This document shows positions 13,081 to 27,252 of a stretch of DNA of 64,000 bases, in pieces. The notes under the pieces are model-generated. The model had not been told where the DNA came from, searched no databases, and saw nothing but the letters and a program-made list of their open reading frames with translations. A program made the position numbers and the translations under genes. The stretch comes from Octopus vulgaris (taxonomy: Eukaryota), in NCBI GenBank assembly GCA_951406725.2, contig OX597828.1, forward strand, positions 7,316,001 to 7,380,000. Reading direction: 5' to 3'. Positions within the stretch are counted from its first letter, which is position 1, and each line of letters starts with the position of its first letter.

Positions 13081-13603
13081 TATCGCATATATTGACACAC
13101 TATAATACTATATAACACGCCAGGCAGATTAGACATAGGAAAATGTCCCTAAAACATCTCTGTGCAGTATTAAAAAATATATGTTTCTTGGTATATTATT
13201 CCTGAAAACATACTGGGATGGTTATGGCTGAAATGTTTCTGATCATAGATTTGCTTTATCAGGGCTAACATGAAGCTAAACAATAATATCAACAATATTT
13301 TATAATAGATGAGCTAGAGGTACTTACTGCACGGAAGAATCTAATGAAATGTAGAACAATAACGCTTGTCATAATCAGCAATAGAATTATGGAAATCAAC
13401 GTGATTAGAGATACTGTGGAAGGAAAATAAGAGAAAGAATTACAATGAATGTTAACTAAGAGAAACATTATAAGTTAATAGTAATCTTAATTCTATTTCA
13501 ATGAAATACTCTTGTACGGTGTATATCTATAAATGTTAAACCAGCAATGTATGTAATGGAGATATGTACGCACAATGTAAATACAGTATCTTAGTGAGTA
13601 GGA

Positions 13604-15112
13604 AAAGAGGGATTAACTGGATTAGTTTCAAAGAGGGATCAATAGGGCTACATTCAAAGAGGGATCAACTGGCCTAGTTTCAAAGAGGGATCAACAGGAC
13701 TTGTTTCAAAGAGGGATCAACAGGACTAGTTTCAGAGAGGGATCAAGAGGACTAGTTTCAGAGTGGAGTCAAGAGGACTAGTTTCAAAGAAAGATCAACA
13801 GGATTAGTTTCAAAGAGGGATCAACAGGATTAGCTTCAAAGAAGGATCAACAGGACTAGTTTCAGAGAGGGGTCAAGAAGACTAGTTTCAAAGAGGGATC
13901 AACAGGATTAGCTTCAAAGAAGGATCAACAGGACTAGTTTCAGAGAGGGGTCAACAGGACTAGTTTCAAAGAAAGATCAACAGGATTAGTTTCAAAGAGG
14001 GATCAACTGGAATAGTTCCAAAGAGGGATTAAAAGAATTAGCTTCAAAGAGGGATTGAAAGGAATAATTTCAAAGAGGGATCAACAAGACTAGTTTCAAA
14101 GAGGGGTCAACTGGATTAGTTTCAAAGAGGGATTAACAGGACTAGTTTCAAAGAGGGATCAACAGGATTAGCTTCAAAGAGAGATCAACTGGAATAGTTT
14201 TAAAGAGGGATCAGCAGGACTAGTTTCAAAGAGGGATCAACAGGATTAGTTTCAAGGAGGGATCAACAGGACTAGTTTCAAAGAGGGATCAACAGGATTA
14301 GTTTCAAAGAGGGATCAACAGGATTAGTTTCAAGGAGGGATCAACAGGACTAGTTTCAAAGAGGGATCAACAGGACTAGTTTCAAAGAGGGATCAACAGG
14401 ATTAGCTTCAAAGAGAGATCAACTGGAATAGTTTCAAGGAGGGATCAGCAGGACTAGTTTCAAAGAGGGATCAACGGGATTAGTTTCAAGGAGGGATCAA
14501 CAGGACTAGTTTCAAAGAGGGATCAACAGGACTAGTTTCAAAGAGGGATCAACTGGACTAGTTTCAAAGAGGGATCAACAGGACTAGTTTCAAAGAGAGA
14601 TCAACTGAATTAGTTTCAGAGAGGGATCAACAGAATTAGTTTCAAAGAGGGATCAAAAGGACTACATTCAAAGAGGGATCAACTGGAATAGTTTCAAAGA
14701 GGGATCAGCAGGACTAGTTTCAAAGAGGGATCAACAGGATTAGTTTCAAGGAGGGATCAAAAGGACTAGTTTCAAAGAGGGATCAACAGGACTTGTTTCA
14801 GAGAGGAGTCAACATGACTAGTTTCAAAGAGGGATCAACAGGATTAGCTTCAAAGAAGGATCAACAGGACTAGTTTCAGAGAGGGGTCAACAGGACTAGT
14901 TTCAAAGAAAGATCAACAGGATTAGTTTCAAGGAGGGATCAACAGGATTAGCTTCAAAGAAGGATCAACAGGACTAGTTTCAGAGAGTGGTCAAGAGGAC
15001 TAGTTTCAAAGAGGAATCAACAGGACTAATTTCAAGGAGAGTTCAACTGGAATAGTTTCAAAGAGGGATCAACAGGACTAGTTTCAAGTAGAGATGAACT
15101 GGTCTGGTTTCA
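13604..15112 (+). repeat. 26-bp minisatellite, ~58 copies, consensus AACAGGACTAGTTTCAAAGAGGGATC
   Basis: Head-to-tail 26-nt units, no spacers. Confidence 0.95.
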
Positions 15113-15200
15113 ACTCTGTATTGGGAATTCACCAGTAACTGAGCACTGTCTTTAACTTTTAACGGGTGCATTGCTTATAATCCCACTATTATTAAAAGCT

Positions 15201-15520
15201 TAGGCGCGTGGCTTAGTGGTTAGTGTAGCCACCTGACGATTGTAATATTGTGAGTTCGATTCCTGGCGGTACGCTGTATTCTTCACACTCTATTTCCGTT
15301 GCTCCAGTTCACTCACCTGGCATAAATGAATTGTACCTGTATATGAAATGGTGAGCTTTGTCACATTCGGTGTGTCACATTAAATATTCCTGAGAATTAC
15401 GTTAAGGGTTCACGTATCAGTAGAGTACTCAGCCACTTGCACGATATTTTACGAACAGGCTGTTCCGTTGATCGAATCAACTGGAGCAATCAAAGTTGTT
15501 GCCAACGGAGTACTCAGCCA
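15201..15520 (+). mobile_element. SINE, head D plus tail Z
   Basis: ggcgcgtggcttagtggttag...gagttcgattcc (A/B-box-like); tail tacgttaaggg..ctcagccacttgcacg..ctgttccgttgatcg shared with 26803-27080. Confidence 0.75.
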
Positions 15521-15536
15521 GGTGTAATACATAGAA

Positions 15537-15900
15537 CGGGCATGGCTGTGTAGTAAGGAGCTTGCTTCCCAATTACGTGATTTCGAGTCTAGTCCTTGGG
15601 CAAGTATCTACTACAATAATCTCGGGCTAACCAAAGCCCTGTGAGTGGATTTGGTAGATAGAAAATGAAAGAAGCCCATCATATGTGTGTGTGTGTTTGC
15701 CTATGTGTTTGTTACCACCGTTTAACAACCGGTGTTGATGTATTTACCTCCCTGTAACCTAGCAGTTCAGCAAAAGAAAATGATAGAATAAGTACCAGAC
15801 TTTACAAAAAGTACTAGGGGTCAATAAGTTTGACTAGAATTCTGCAAGCGGTGCTCCAACATGGCTGGAGTCTCATGATTGAAACAAGTAAAAAATATAA
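15537..15900 (+). mobile_element. SINE family A, diverged full length
   Basis: Head, ccttgggcaagt CORE-like segment, (TG)n, tail ending gaaacaagtaaaa. Confidence 0.8.
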
Positions 15901-16089
15901 AACACATACACACACACACACACACACATAAATAGACCTCACAAAAGCACTTTTGTGGCTAATAAGTCGTTTTGACTTTTATTTCTAGCAATGCTGGTAC
16001 CGCCTTGTACCTTCTGTTACTTTAGTAACATCGATAAATTTGCCTTTAGGTTGTTAAATTGCTAATAAGCCACCCGCATTCTATATATA

Positions 16090-16317
16090 CTCTTTACTTT
16101 TTTACTTGTTTCAGTCATTCGACTGTGGCCATGCTGGTGCACCGCCTTTAGTCGAGCAAATCGACCCCAGGACTTATTCTTTGTAAGCCTAGTACTTATT
16201 CTATCGGTCATTTTTGCCGAACCGCCAAGTTACTGGGACGTAAACACACCAGCATCGGTTGTCAAGCGATGTTGGGGGGACAAACACAGACACACAAACA
16301 TATACACATGCACATAC

Positions 16318-16349
<32 letters not shown>

Positions 16350-16512
16350 GACAGGCTTCTTTCGGTTTCCATCTACCAAATCCACTCACAAGGCTTTGGT
16401 CGGCCCGAGCCTATAATAGAAGACACTTGCCCAAGTTGCCACGCAGGGGGTATGAATCCGGAACCATGTGATTCGTAAGAAAGCTACTTATCTCTTACCA
16501 CACAGCCACTCC
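16090..16512 (-). mobile_element. SINE family A, full length (likely octopus OR-type tRNA SINE)
   Basis: Closely matches copies at 43540 and 46365; internal (TA)/(TG) tract. Confidence 0.9.
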
Positions 16513-16521
16513 TACACCTAT

Positions 16522-16611
<90 letters not shown>

Positions 16612-16612
16612 G

Positions 16613-16652
<40 letters not shown>

Positions 16653-16917
16653 CACATGCAGCTCCAACACTGCATTAAAATTTGACCATGAAGATATTGA
16701 ATATTCAGACAGGATGTTCACATGCCTTTAATTTACTGATTTGACTAAGAATTTATAAATATACAGCATTAATACTAAGCAATGTTAACGTAACTTTTAT
16801 CTACTGCCACTTTCTGCTAACACGAAGCTAGGAACGAGCTTACGAAAATCATCATCGTGGCTGCCTGAACTGCTAAAAGTAACAATCAAATCTTTCAGCC
16901 TGTATTTTTAACTGAAA

Positions 16918-17151
16918 TATATTTCTTTATTGCCCACAAGGGACTAAACATAGAGGGGACAAACAACGACAGACAAAGGGATAAAGTCGATTACATCTAC
17001 CCCAGTGAGTAACTGGTATTTAATTTATTGACCTCGAAAGGATGAAAGGCAAAGTCGACCTCGGAGGAATTTGAACTCACAACATAGCGGCAGACGAAAT
17101 ACGGCTACGCATTTCGCCCGGCGTGCTAAAGCTTCTGCCAGCTCGCCGCCT
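16918..17151 (-). mobile_element. SINE family B (Nin-domain-like core), 13-bp TSD
   Basis: TSD tttttaactgaaa at 16905-16917 and 17152-17164; core gcctttcatcctttcgaggtcaataaattaaataccag on minus strand. Confidence 0.9.
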
Positions 17152-18084
17152 TTTTTAACTGAAAGAGACAATAAACACTGTATTCGCTGGTGTACAAAAA
17201 AAAATTAATTAATAAAAAAAAATAGCCATAACCAAGTCGGTTTTTGAGCATAAAGCTTGTTCAGTCAGGGATGACCTGGGGCTAAATAGCAACAACAGTA
17301 GTCGCACTAGTAGTAGCAGCAGCAGCGGCTGCTTCATACAGGGATATGTTTTGGCATCAATAGCTAACATACCACTATTAGAGCCTGTTTGATTTGCCGC
17401 ACTTTTTGGGGGGTTATCATGTTTTGAGAGCAATCAATGAAATCAGAATTCACTACGTCTACCTATATCGCAAATGAACCTTATCATTCCTTCTTCAATT
17501 ATTTCTAAGCGTTCCGAAAGATAGCTGATCATAAGATATTCTTTCAAGCCACTTTATTATATCAAAGGAAGGAGGAATAAATTCTAACTATTAGCTTTGA
17601 TTGTCCATGTTTCATGATTATAGTTCAGTGCAATTTCACCCAATGATCTAAAGAGCTTTAGACGTAATGCTACATATTAATGATTTCATTACGACTAAAA
17701 TGATACACGGTAAAATTTTATGTTCCATTTTGTGTGTGTATGTAGTTTTATTATTATTATCATTATTATTGCTATTATTTTAATTTGTTTTTTTTTATTT
17801 TTGTTTCGCTTGGGATATTTTCATCAAGTAAAAATTCTTTATCGTTAACTGACTGAGAGAGCAGGCCAGAACAGAACTGATTCCAGTTTACACAGTCAGA
17901 GAGGCTTTCATACAACCATCCATTTGTATCGAGGTTAGTTTATTAGTTGTTTCACTAAGTTGGTTTTACATGATTTTCATAGAGAGGGTCGCTTAATGAA
18001 TTTCCATCATTTTGGCATCGAAATTTATTATTTATTAATTATCATCATTCAGGTTATTGTTGTTATTATTATGATCATCGTTGA

Positions 18085-18410
18085 TGGCGGAGAGCAGATA
18101 GAATCGTTAGCATGTCGTACAAAATGCTTGGACGCATTTCGTCCGTCTTTATGTTCTGAGTTCAAATTCTGCAAAGGCCAACTTTGCATTTCATCCTTTC
18201 GGGGTCGATAAATTACCAGTGAAATGCTGGGGTCGATGTAATCGACTAGTCCCCACACTCCCACGAAATTTCAGGCCTTGTGCCTTTGTAGAAATAATTA
18301 TTTTTGTCGTTGTTGTTGTTACTGCTGTTCTCGTTGCTGTTAAGGCAGTGAGCTGGTAGAATCGTTGGCGAAATGCTTAGTGGTATTTCGTCCGTCTTTG
18401 TGTTTTGAGA
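18085..18410 (+). mobile_element. SINE family B copy plus partial head
   Basis: ggcggagagcagatagaatcgttagc...ttctgagttcaaattc...tcaggccttgtgcc. Confidence 0.8.
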
Positions 18411-18749
18411 TTGAACATTGGACAAGATAGTAAACCTAGATATTCAAAAAACTCCGATGGTCACAGATGGAACACTGCTAATAAATCAGATCTGACCTGA
18501 GGTTAAAAAAAAAACTGCAGCATTTTTTCCAATAGTATAAGATGTTTCCTTATATCGGTGTTGGAGAAGAAGTGAGGATGTAGCCAGCATAGATGAAGAG
18601 TACTAACAACGAAGATAAACTGAAGATTAAAGATACAAAATATAGGCGCTTTGAATGAAACAGTTTCCAGTTGTAGTATCAGAGTTATGAGGATTAAAAT
18701 GATTGAAGATGATTAAAGGCTGAAGATTAAAGATGCCAAATATAGGCGC

Positions 18750-19141
18750 TTTTGTCTGCCGCTACGTTCTGAGTTCAAATTCCGCTGAGGTCGACTTTGC
18801 CTTTCATCCTTTCGGGTTCGATTAAATAAGTAACCAGTTATGCACTGGGGTCGATATAATCGAATGGCACCCTCCCCAAACATTTCGGGCGTTGTGCCTA
18901 TAGTAGAAAAGAATATTTATCCTGCGTAAAGCGGCGAGGTGGCAGAATCGTTAACACGCCGGACGAAATGCTTAGCGGTATTTTGTCCGTCTTCACGTTC
19001 TGAGTTCAAATTCCGCCGAGGTCGACTTTGCCTTTCATCCTTTCGTGGTCTATAAAGTGAGTACCAGTTGAATATTAGGGTCGATGCAATCAACTTATCC
19101 CCTCCTCCGAAATTGCTGATCTTGAGTCAAAATTTGAAACA
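18750..19141 (+). mobile_element. Two adjacent SINE family B copies; second (18926-19141) has a 14-bp TSD
   Basis: TSD aatatttatcctgc at 18912-18925 and 19142-19155. Confidence 0.85.
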
Positions 19142-19155
19142 AATATTTATCCTGC

Positions 19156-19430
19156 ATATTTCAATGAATACCGTTCAAGAAACGAAGGTAAGAATTACTT
19201 AGCAGACGACAACGTCCTGTCAAAAGAAGTTCGCCAACTAGTTTCAGTTCTCGATCAAATTTAGTTCACCTATGTTACTTCGCTCTCTGATTTTTGATTG
19301 TTTCAAATAGAAAGCAATGACGATCAATAAATATTTACACGCCGCTGTATAAGCCTTCTTCTTGAAACTCTTAAACGGACCGAAGAGGCGAGAACGAAGG
19401 CAGTGATATGACAATACATTACACTCTATA
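19156..19430 (-). pseudogene. Highly decayed mariner transposase C-terminal remnant
   Basis: Minus strand RLFGPFKS and FLNGIH resemble mariner DFHLFGPLK and FF..GI motifs. Confidence 0.35.
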
Positions 19431-20887
19431 AAATAAGGAGATTGAAGTAACTAAACGAATATTAGTAAAACATTCATTTTAACAATTAATTCTTTCGTCA
19501 AAAGCAGACTATGAACTCGGGCATTAACCGACGCATAATCCTTTAATCCATGCAGTGAGATTTTCCCCTTCGTTAATCGTGAAATATAATCTCTTACTTT
19601 ACAAAGAGCTGTCAACTTTGATCTCAATTATTAATCATTATGCTTTCGGCTACAGAATGTCTACGCTGGTTACAAAACTTAAACACACCCTTTTACTTGG
19701 TGTAGAATATGGTGAACTTTTACCTCAATATGAACCACAGCCTTTATTATAACTTCGATTACATGATTTTTGAATATTTATATCTATATACGAGTTCAAA
19801 TTCTACTGAGATCGAATTTGCTATTCAGGTATTCAGAGGCAATAAAATAAATGTCAGTTGAACACTGCAGTCGATGTGATCGACTACCTCTCTCGCCTAA
19901 ACTGGATGGCCTTGTTCCAAAAATTGATACTATTATTAATATCTACGAAGACTAAAGGCAAAATTTCAATCATAATATCATCTTTATAATTCTTGTTATA
20001 ACTCAAACTTTAGCAAGTTCATTTCGCCTGCAATGAAGGGCCAAGCCAGAAATGGTTATTGAATCAATTACTATTTTGCCTCGGACTTAAATTTCTTATA
20101 GGAATAGTTTTAGTTATGTAGGTGAGATAAATTAATCAATATTATTGATTGAACCGGTTCTAGGTATACCTAAGTATTATCAAACTTCGTTACTGACTTG
20201 TAATCTTGTTCAAATCACTTAACTTGTGACGACAGAAATCACCTTTTTCTAAGTTACTATTGAAGATCAGCCTCAACTTTCCTTAACTAAATAAGTCTAT
20301 GGGCAAAGACATTTCACCCATGACTATCTATGTTGTTTTCAAAAATAGCGTATCGACGAACTCTTTAACTGATATAACCTTCCTTTTTCAAGAGTGTAGG
20401 TATATGTTAAAAACAAGTTGGCATCTATTTCTTGTTGATCTAACGACCACGCAGTAGAAACTACGGCTTGTCCAAGTTGATGCAGACCACAGCAATTAAC
20501 AACCGTAGCTTTTGTAAAAGTGATCAGATTTTATCTTTTTCTGTGAGTAATTTTCGGACTATTAACTCTCCACATGAGGTATAACGATCTTATTTTACAA
20601 ATGGAATACTGCATATCGGGCCAGTTAGGATATCTCGTAAAAGTAATTTTAAGAAGAATGAAGAAATTTATGTCGATTTCGTAATATGCTGTAAGACGTT
20701 TGGGTGATCGAGACAAATTTCATCAATTGCAAAGAAACCAAAGGAAACTTCGACTAGCGTGTTATTTGAATTCTGAGGGACAGAGACTATTGGTTGAGGC
20801 ACTGTTTCATTTCTATCAGAACCAATTTTCATCTCCGCTGCTATTGTTTTGGAAAATTTATATGTACGTGTGCATGATGCCAGCGAT

Positions 20888-21300
20888 CCGGCAGAATCGT
20901 TAGCATGTCAGTCGAAATGCTAGCAGAAACGTTAGCACGTCGAGCCAAATGCTTAGCGGTATTTTGTCTGCCGTTACGTTCTGAGTTCAAATTCCGCCGA
21001 GGTCGACTTTGCCTTTCATCCTTTCGGGGTCGATAAATTAAGTACCAGTTACGCACTGGGGTCGATGTAATCGACTTAATACCTATGTCTGTCCTTGTTT
21101 GTCCCCTCTGTGTTTAGCCCCTTGTGGGTAATAAAGAAATAAGTATTTTGTCTGCCGCTACGTTCTGAGTTCAAATTCCGCCGAGATCGACTTTGCCTTT
21201 CATCCTTGAATAAGTATCAGTTACGCACTGAGGTCGATGTAATCGACTTAATACGTTTGTCCTCTCTGGGTTTAGCCCCTTGTGGGTAGTAAAGAAATAG
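20888..21300 (+). mobile_element. SINE family B with tandem partial duplication
   Basis: Body and tail ..gccccttgtgggtaNtaaagaaata occur twice. Confidence 0.85.
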
Positions 21301-21565
21301 ATATCGACCCCAGAACTTTTTTCTTAAAGCATGGTACTTATTCTCTTTTGCCGAACCGCTGGTTATAGGGGCGTAAACACACTAGCACCTGTTGGGAAGT
21401 GGTGATAGAGGGGATTCAAATACACACACACACACATGTATACGATAAGCTTGTTTTAGTTTCGGTCTACCAAATCCACTCACAAAGCTTTAGTCGGTTC
21501 GAGGCTATAGTTGGAGATACTTGCCCAAGGTGCTACGCAGTGGGACTGAACCCGGAACCATGTGG
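21301..21565 (-). mobile_element. SINE family A, partial
   Basis: gccgaaccgct..ctaccaaatccactcacaa..cccaaggtgctacgcagtgggactgaacccggaacc. Confidence 0.8.
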
Positions 21566-21722
21566 AGGGTCCGGCAAAACGGCTAATTCAACATTGTTTC
21601 GGAATCAAGGATACTGAAACATCAATGGTATGCCTGCATATATACGTATATTATATATGCAGGCATTTTTACCTTGTTTTATCTTTCACGACTCATTTCA
21701 TTTTAGACATTTTAAAATGTTA

Positions 21723-22283
21723 TTGGGTTGTCCGGAAAGTTCGTGCCGATTTATAGTAGCTTACCTTTCGACTTATTTTAGAACATGTTTGAGTCCATAA
21801 AATAGGATTTGACTACACCTCTAATTAGAGCACAGTTAAAGCTATCTTTTCGTGGAAGAAAGTATATGTTCCTATAACCTGTGTTAATTCTGTAATCCTT
21901 TAAAATGGAAGATAAGAAAGTTATTTTCGGCACTTGATGCTTTGGGAACCAGACAAAAATTGCTGCAGGTCGGCTGAGATGTGTTACCCCACCTTCCATA
22001 TTCACCAGATATTGCTCCTTCGGATTTCCGATTATTCAGGTCTGTGCAGAATAGTCTTAATGGTAAAAATTTCAATTCCTTGGATGACGTAAAAAGATAC
22101 CTTGATGAATTCTTTGCTATGAAACCACCTCAATTCTGGGAAGAGGGTATTTTCAAGTTAAAGGAAAGATGGAGACACATTGTGCAACAAAATGGTTCAT
22201 ATTTGATTAAAAATGTAATGGCAAGTATTTATTGACCTTTTTCTTTCCTTTAAAAATCGGCACGAACTTCCCGGACAACCCAA
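21723..22283 (+). mobile_element. Internally deleted mariner (mellifera-like), both TIRs, TA TSD
   Basis: TA|TTGGGTTGTCCGGAAAGTTCGTGCCGATTT...AAATCGGCACGAACTTCCCGGACAACCCAA|TA; MEDKKV start joined to HLPYSPDIAPSDFRLF...GIFKLKERW. Confidence 0.92.
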
Positions 22284-22369
22284 TATCATATACTTTTGCT
22301 AAACGTTCCAAGAAGAAATATTTCCATCATATTTTCCAAAATTTTCCCCTCTCATTACTATTACAGCAA

Positions 22370-23197
22370 AAGGTGGCGAGCTGGCAGAATCGCTAGCAGG
22401 CCGGGCAAAGTGCTTAGCGTCATTTCATCTGACTTTACGTTCTGAGTTCAAATTTCGCCGAGGTGGGCTTTATCTTTCATCATTTCGGGGTCGTGATCGA
22501 TTAATCCCCTCCCCCAAAATCTCAGGCTTTGTGCCTTCAGTAGAAAGGATTATTATTACAGCTATCAAAGCGGCGAGCTTGCAGAATCGTTAGCACGCCG
22601 AGCGAAATGCTTAGCGGTATTTTGTCTGCCGTTACGTTCTGAGTTCATATTCCACCGAGGTCGACTTAGCCTTTCATCCTTTCGGCGTCTATAAATTAAG
22701 TACTAGTTACGCATTGGGGTCGATGTAATCGACTTAATCCCTTTGTCTGTCCTTGTTTGTTCCCTCTGTGTCTAGCCCCTTGTGGGTAATAAAGAAATAA
22801 GAATCGTTAGCAGACGAGATGGAACGTTTAGTGGCCTTTTAATCGGCTATACCTTCTGAGTTAAAATTCCGCCGATATTGACTTTGCCTTTCATCCTTAT
22901 GTGATCAATAAAAGCAGTACCAGTTGAACACTAGGGGTCAGCGTAATCGACTTGATCCTCCCCGCAAATTTGGGACCTTGTACATGTACTAGAAAGCGTA
23001 ATCATTATAGCTACTTCTAAGACGGCAAGCTTTGCGGCATTTCGTCCGTCTGCGCGTTCTGAGTTCAAATTCTGTTGAGGTCGACTTTGCCTTTTATCTC
23101 TTCGGGTTCGATAAAATAAGTACCAGTTGAATACTGAGTGCGATGTAATTGACTTAAATCTTCCCTAAAATTGCTGGCCATGTGCCAAAATTTGAAA
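22370..23197 (+). mobile_element. Cluster of four head-to-tail SINE family B copies with differing tails
   Basis: Heads near 22370, 22569, 22800 and 23020. Confidence 0.85.
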
Positions 23198-23639
23198 TTA
23201 TTTGTGTTTGATATTTTAATACAACGAATTATACTACTGGGCTTTTACACTTAAAATATATTTATATATTTGTGCTTTAAGACATTTCGTCACTCCTTGA
23301 TAGATTCTAGCTCTAATTTGCACGAGTGTTATCAAATATGATACCAGTAATCTTCGCGTATTACTCTCTCTCTCTTTATTCCTGCTGATTAATACATCTG
23401 TATATATTCCCAATACATTGCTTTTATGTAGGATATACTTACTCATAGCAGTAAGAAGTCCTGGATGCATAATTAGGGAACGTATATGGAATACATAAAC
23501 GCGTGTGTGTGAACATATATTCAAAGACACATACTAATATATACACACACATATGTACATGCGCACACACACACACATATACACACAAATACACATAGAG
23601 ACATAAATGTATAATTGTCTGTCTGTATATGTGTGTGTG

Positions 23640-24843
<1,204 letters not shown>

Positions 24844-24844
24844 A

Positions 24845-25338
24845 CGGTGGCTGCCCCCTCGTTATCGAGTATGGCCATTGCACGAAGCTTAATCAATGTT
24901 GTTATCGTGCAATGCCTGTGCAAGAAGATTTTTTTTAAAGTGAGGAAAGGCTGTGCACTGAATCACTCCCACGCACTAAGCAACAGCAGCCATAATCCGA
25001 AAAGAAGAACAAGTCAACATAATCGGTAACCACTGAGCCGCAGATTTTATGTCGGAGTTATCCCAGTTACCTGAGTTACCTTCTCCTAGAAGGATGCCCT
25101 GACAAAGGCTAGGAGTCCTTCACTCCCAATGGTTTAACCGGGCGATCGGATATTCAGTCCGATTATTTCTATGTCTCCGCGCATGATACAGCCTTAAGAC
25201 ATTTTTTGGATGGCCGTTGACTCTCAAGAGTTCCTCCGCCCTTTAACGGGTTTTGTTTTTCATCCTGCAGGGTGTCCAATAAACACCCTCCTCACCAAGC
25301 AAGCTTGGTGGTGTTGCCAGGTTAGTCGCCGACGACCC
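24845..25338 (-). mobile_element. Bipartite non-autonomous RTE-like retroposon (5'-UTR-like plus 3'-end-like, no ORF)
   Basis: Minus strand ..agcctttgtcagggcatccttctaggagaagg resembles RTE 5' UTRs; 3' hairpin ctcg-ataa-cgag then (TATG)n tail. Confidence 0.5.
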
Positions 25339-25485
25339 GCGAGAGCGAGCAGGTGCGTGAAATGCTAATGCAAGAGAGAAAAGAGACATGTTAACAAATT
25401 GAATGATATATAAGATTACATAAATATGGTGTGTCTTAATGATGTATATCGGAAGATGGGGTCACACAAACACACACACACACTC

Positions 25486-25584
<99 letters not shown>

Positions 25585-25980
25585 GTCAGCTATGTATTTT
25601 ACATACGGCACACTCACTCTTCAGCTTTCGGCTGGAGATGTTTGCACCTCTGTCTCCAGTGGTGCTTAGACTGCGACGATGCTAACAAGAAATGTTAGGG
25701 GCTCTCTTTAGGCCCGCACTCTGGCGAGCTTTTGTTGCTGCCACATTCATCCTCCGACCATCGCACCAAACTGAGTGCAGCTGTAACCACTCCAACCACC
25801 CTGCAACTGTTTTCGTGTTGCTCTCACTTTTGATCTTTTTTTTTCTGTTATTAGTCTAAAGTTCTCTTGTTTCTATTGCTTTTTTTTTTTTGCTTCTATC
25901 TCTAGTTAACAGCTCACACACTACTCGACTATCCAGTCTAGGAAGGCTTATGTCGAGCAGATATACCGCAGCCACATCTC

Positions 25981-26740
25981 TATATATACATACATACATA
26001 CATACATACATACATACGTACATACATACATACATACATACACACATACATACATACATACATATATACGTGCATACATAAATACATACATACATACATA
26101 CATACATACATACATACATACATACACGCATACATACACACATTCATAAATACATACATACATACATACATACGTGCATACATACATACATACATATATG
26201 TGTGTGTGTTTGTGTGTGTGTGTATGTTATTATGTATGTATGTATGTATATGTAGGTATGTATATATATATATATGTATATATGTATGTATATGTATATA
26301 TATATGTATGTATATATATATATATGTATATATATATGTATGTATATATATGTATATACATGTATGTATATATATGTATATATATATTATGTCAGGTCAC
26401 TTTCGAGTGCTACTAGTAACATGTATCCCAGTACACACATACATACACACATACATACATACACACACATATATACATACATACATTTATACATACATAC
26501 ATGTCATACATACATACATACATTCAGGTACATACATTCATACATACATACAATCATACATACATTCATACATACATACATACATACACACATACATACA
26601 TACATACATACATACATACATACATACATACATACATACATACATACATACATACATTCATACATACATACATACATTCATACATACATACACACATTCA
26701 TACATACATACGTACATACATACGTACATACAAGCGTACA
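25981..26740. repeat. (TACA)n/(TATG)n microsatellite block
   Basis: Direct reading. Confidence 0.9.
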
Positions 26741-26802
26741 AACATGAATAGATGTTTATATGTCGGAGTCTATATATACTAACATATATCATACATACAT
26801 AC

Positions 26803-27080
26803 TGGCACTCCGTCGGTTACGACGACGCGGGTCCCAGCTGATCCGATCAACGGAACAGCTTGCCTGTGAAATTAACGTGCAAGTGGCTGAGCACTCCTCA
26901 GACATGCGTACCCTTAACGTAGTTCACTGTAAAATTCAGCGTAACACAGAATGTGAAAAGGCCGGCTCTAGAGCAACGTGAAATAAAGTGTCTTGCTCAA
27001 GGACACAACGAGTCGCCGGTAATTGAACTCACGACTTTACAATCGTGAGTCGAATGCCCTAACCACTAAGCCACGCGCCG
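26803..27080 (-). mobile_element. SINE, head D plus tail Z
   Basis: Minus strand ggcgcgtggcttagtggttaggg..gtgagttcaattacc; tail homologous to 15350-15520. Confidence 0.8.
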
Positions 27081-27216
27081 TCACTTAAATGCAAACATAC
27101 GTACGATGCATACGTATATCATAAATACATGCATACATACACACACACACACACATACACACACACATATATATATATATACATATACACAAGCACGCAC
27201 AAATACATGCATATAA

Positions 27217-27252
<36 letters not shown>

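Noticed and set aside
13604-15112. CRISPR-like array (GTTTCAA-containing repeats)
   Set aside because: Units are contiguous with no unique spacers, no cas genes, eukaryotic context
25600-25830. GC-richer unique stretch with a minus-strand GTGAGT donor-like site
   Set aside because: Stops in all three minus-strand frames and no clear acceptor; cannot support an exon
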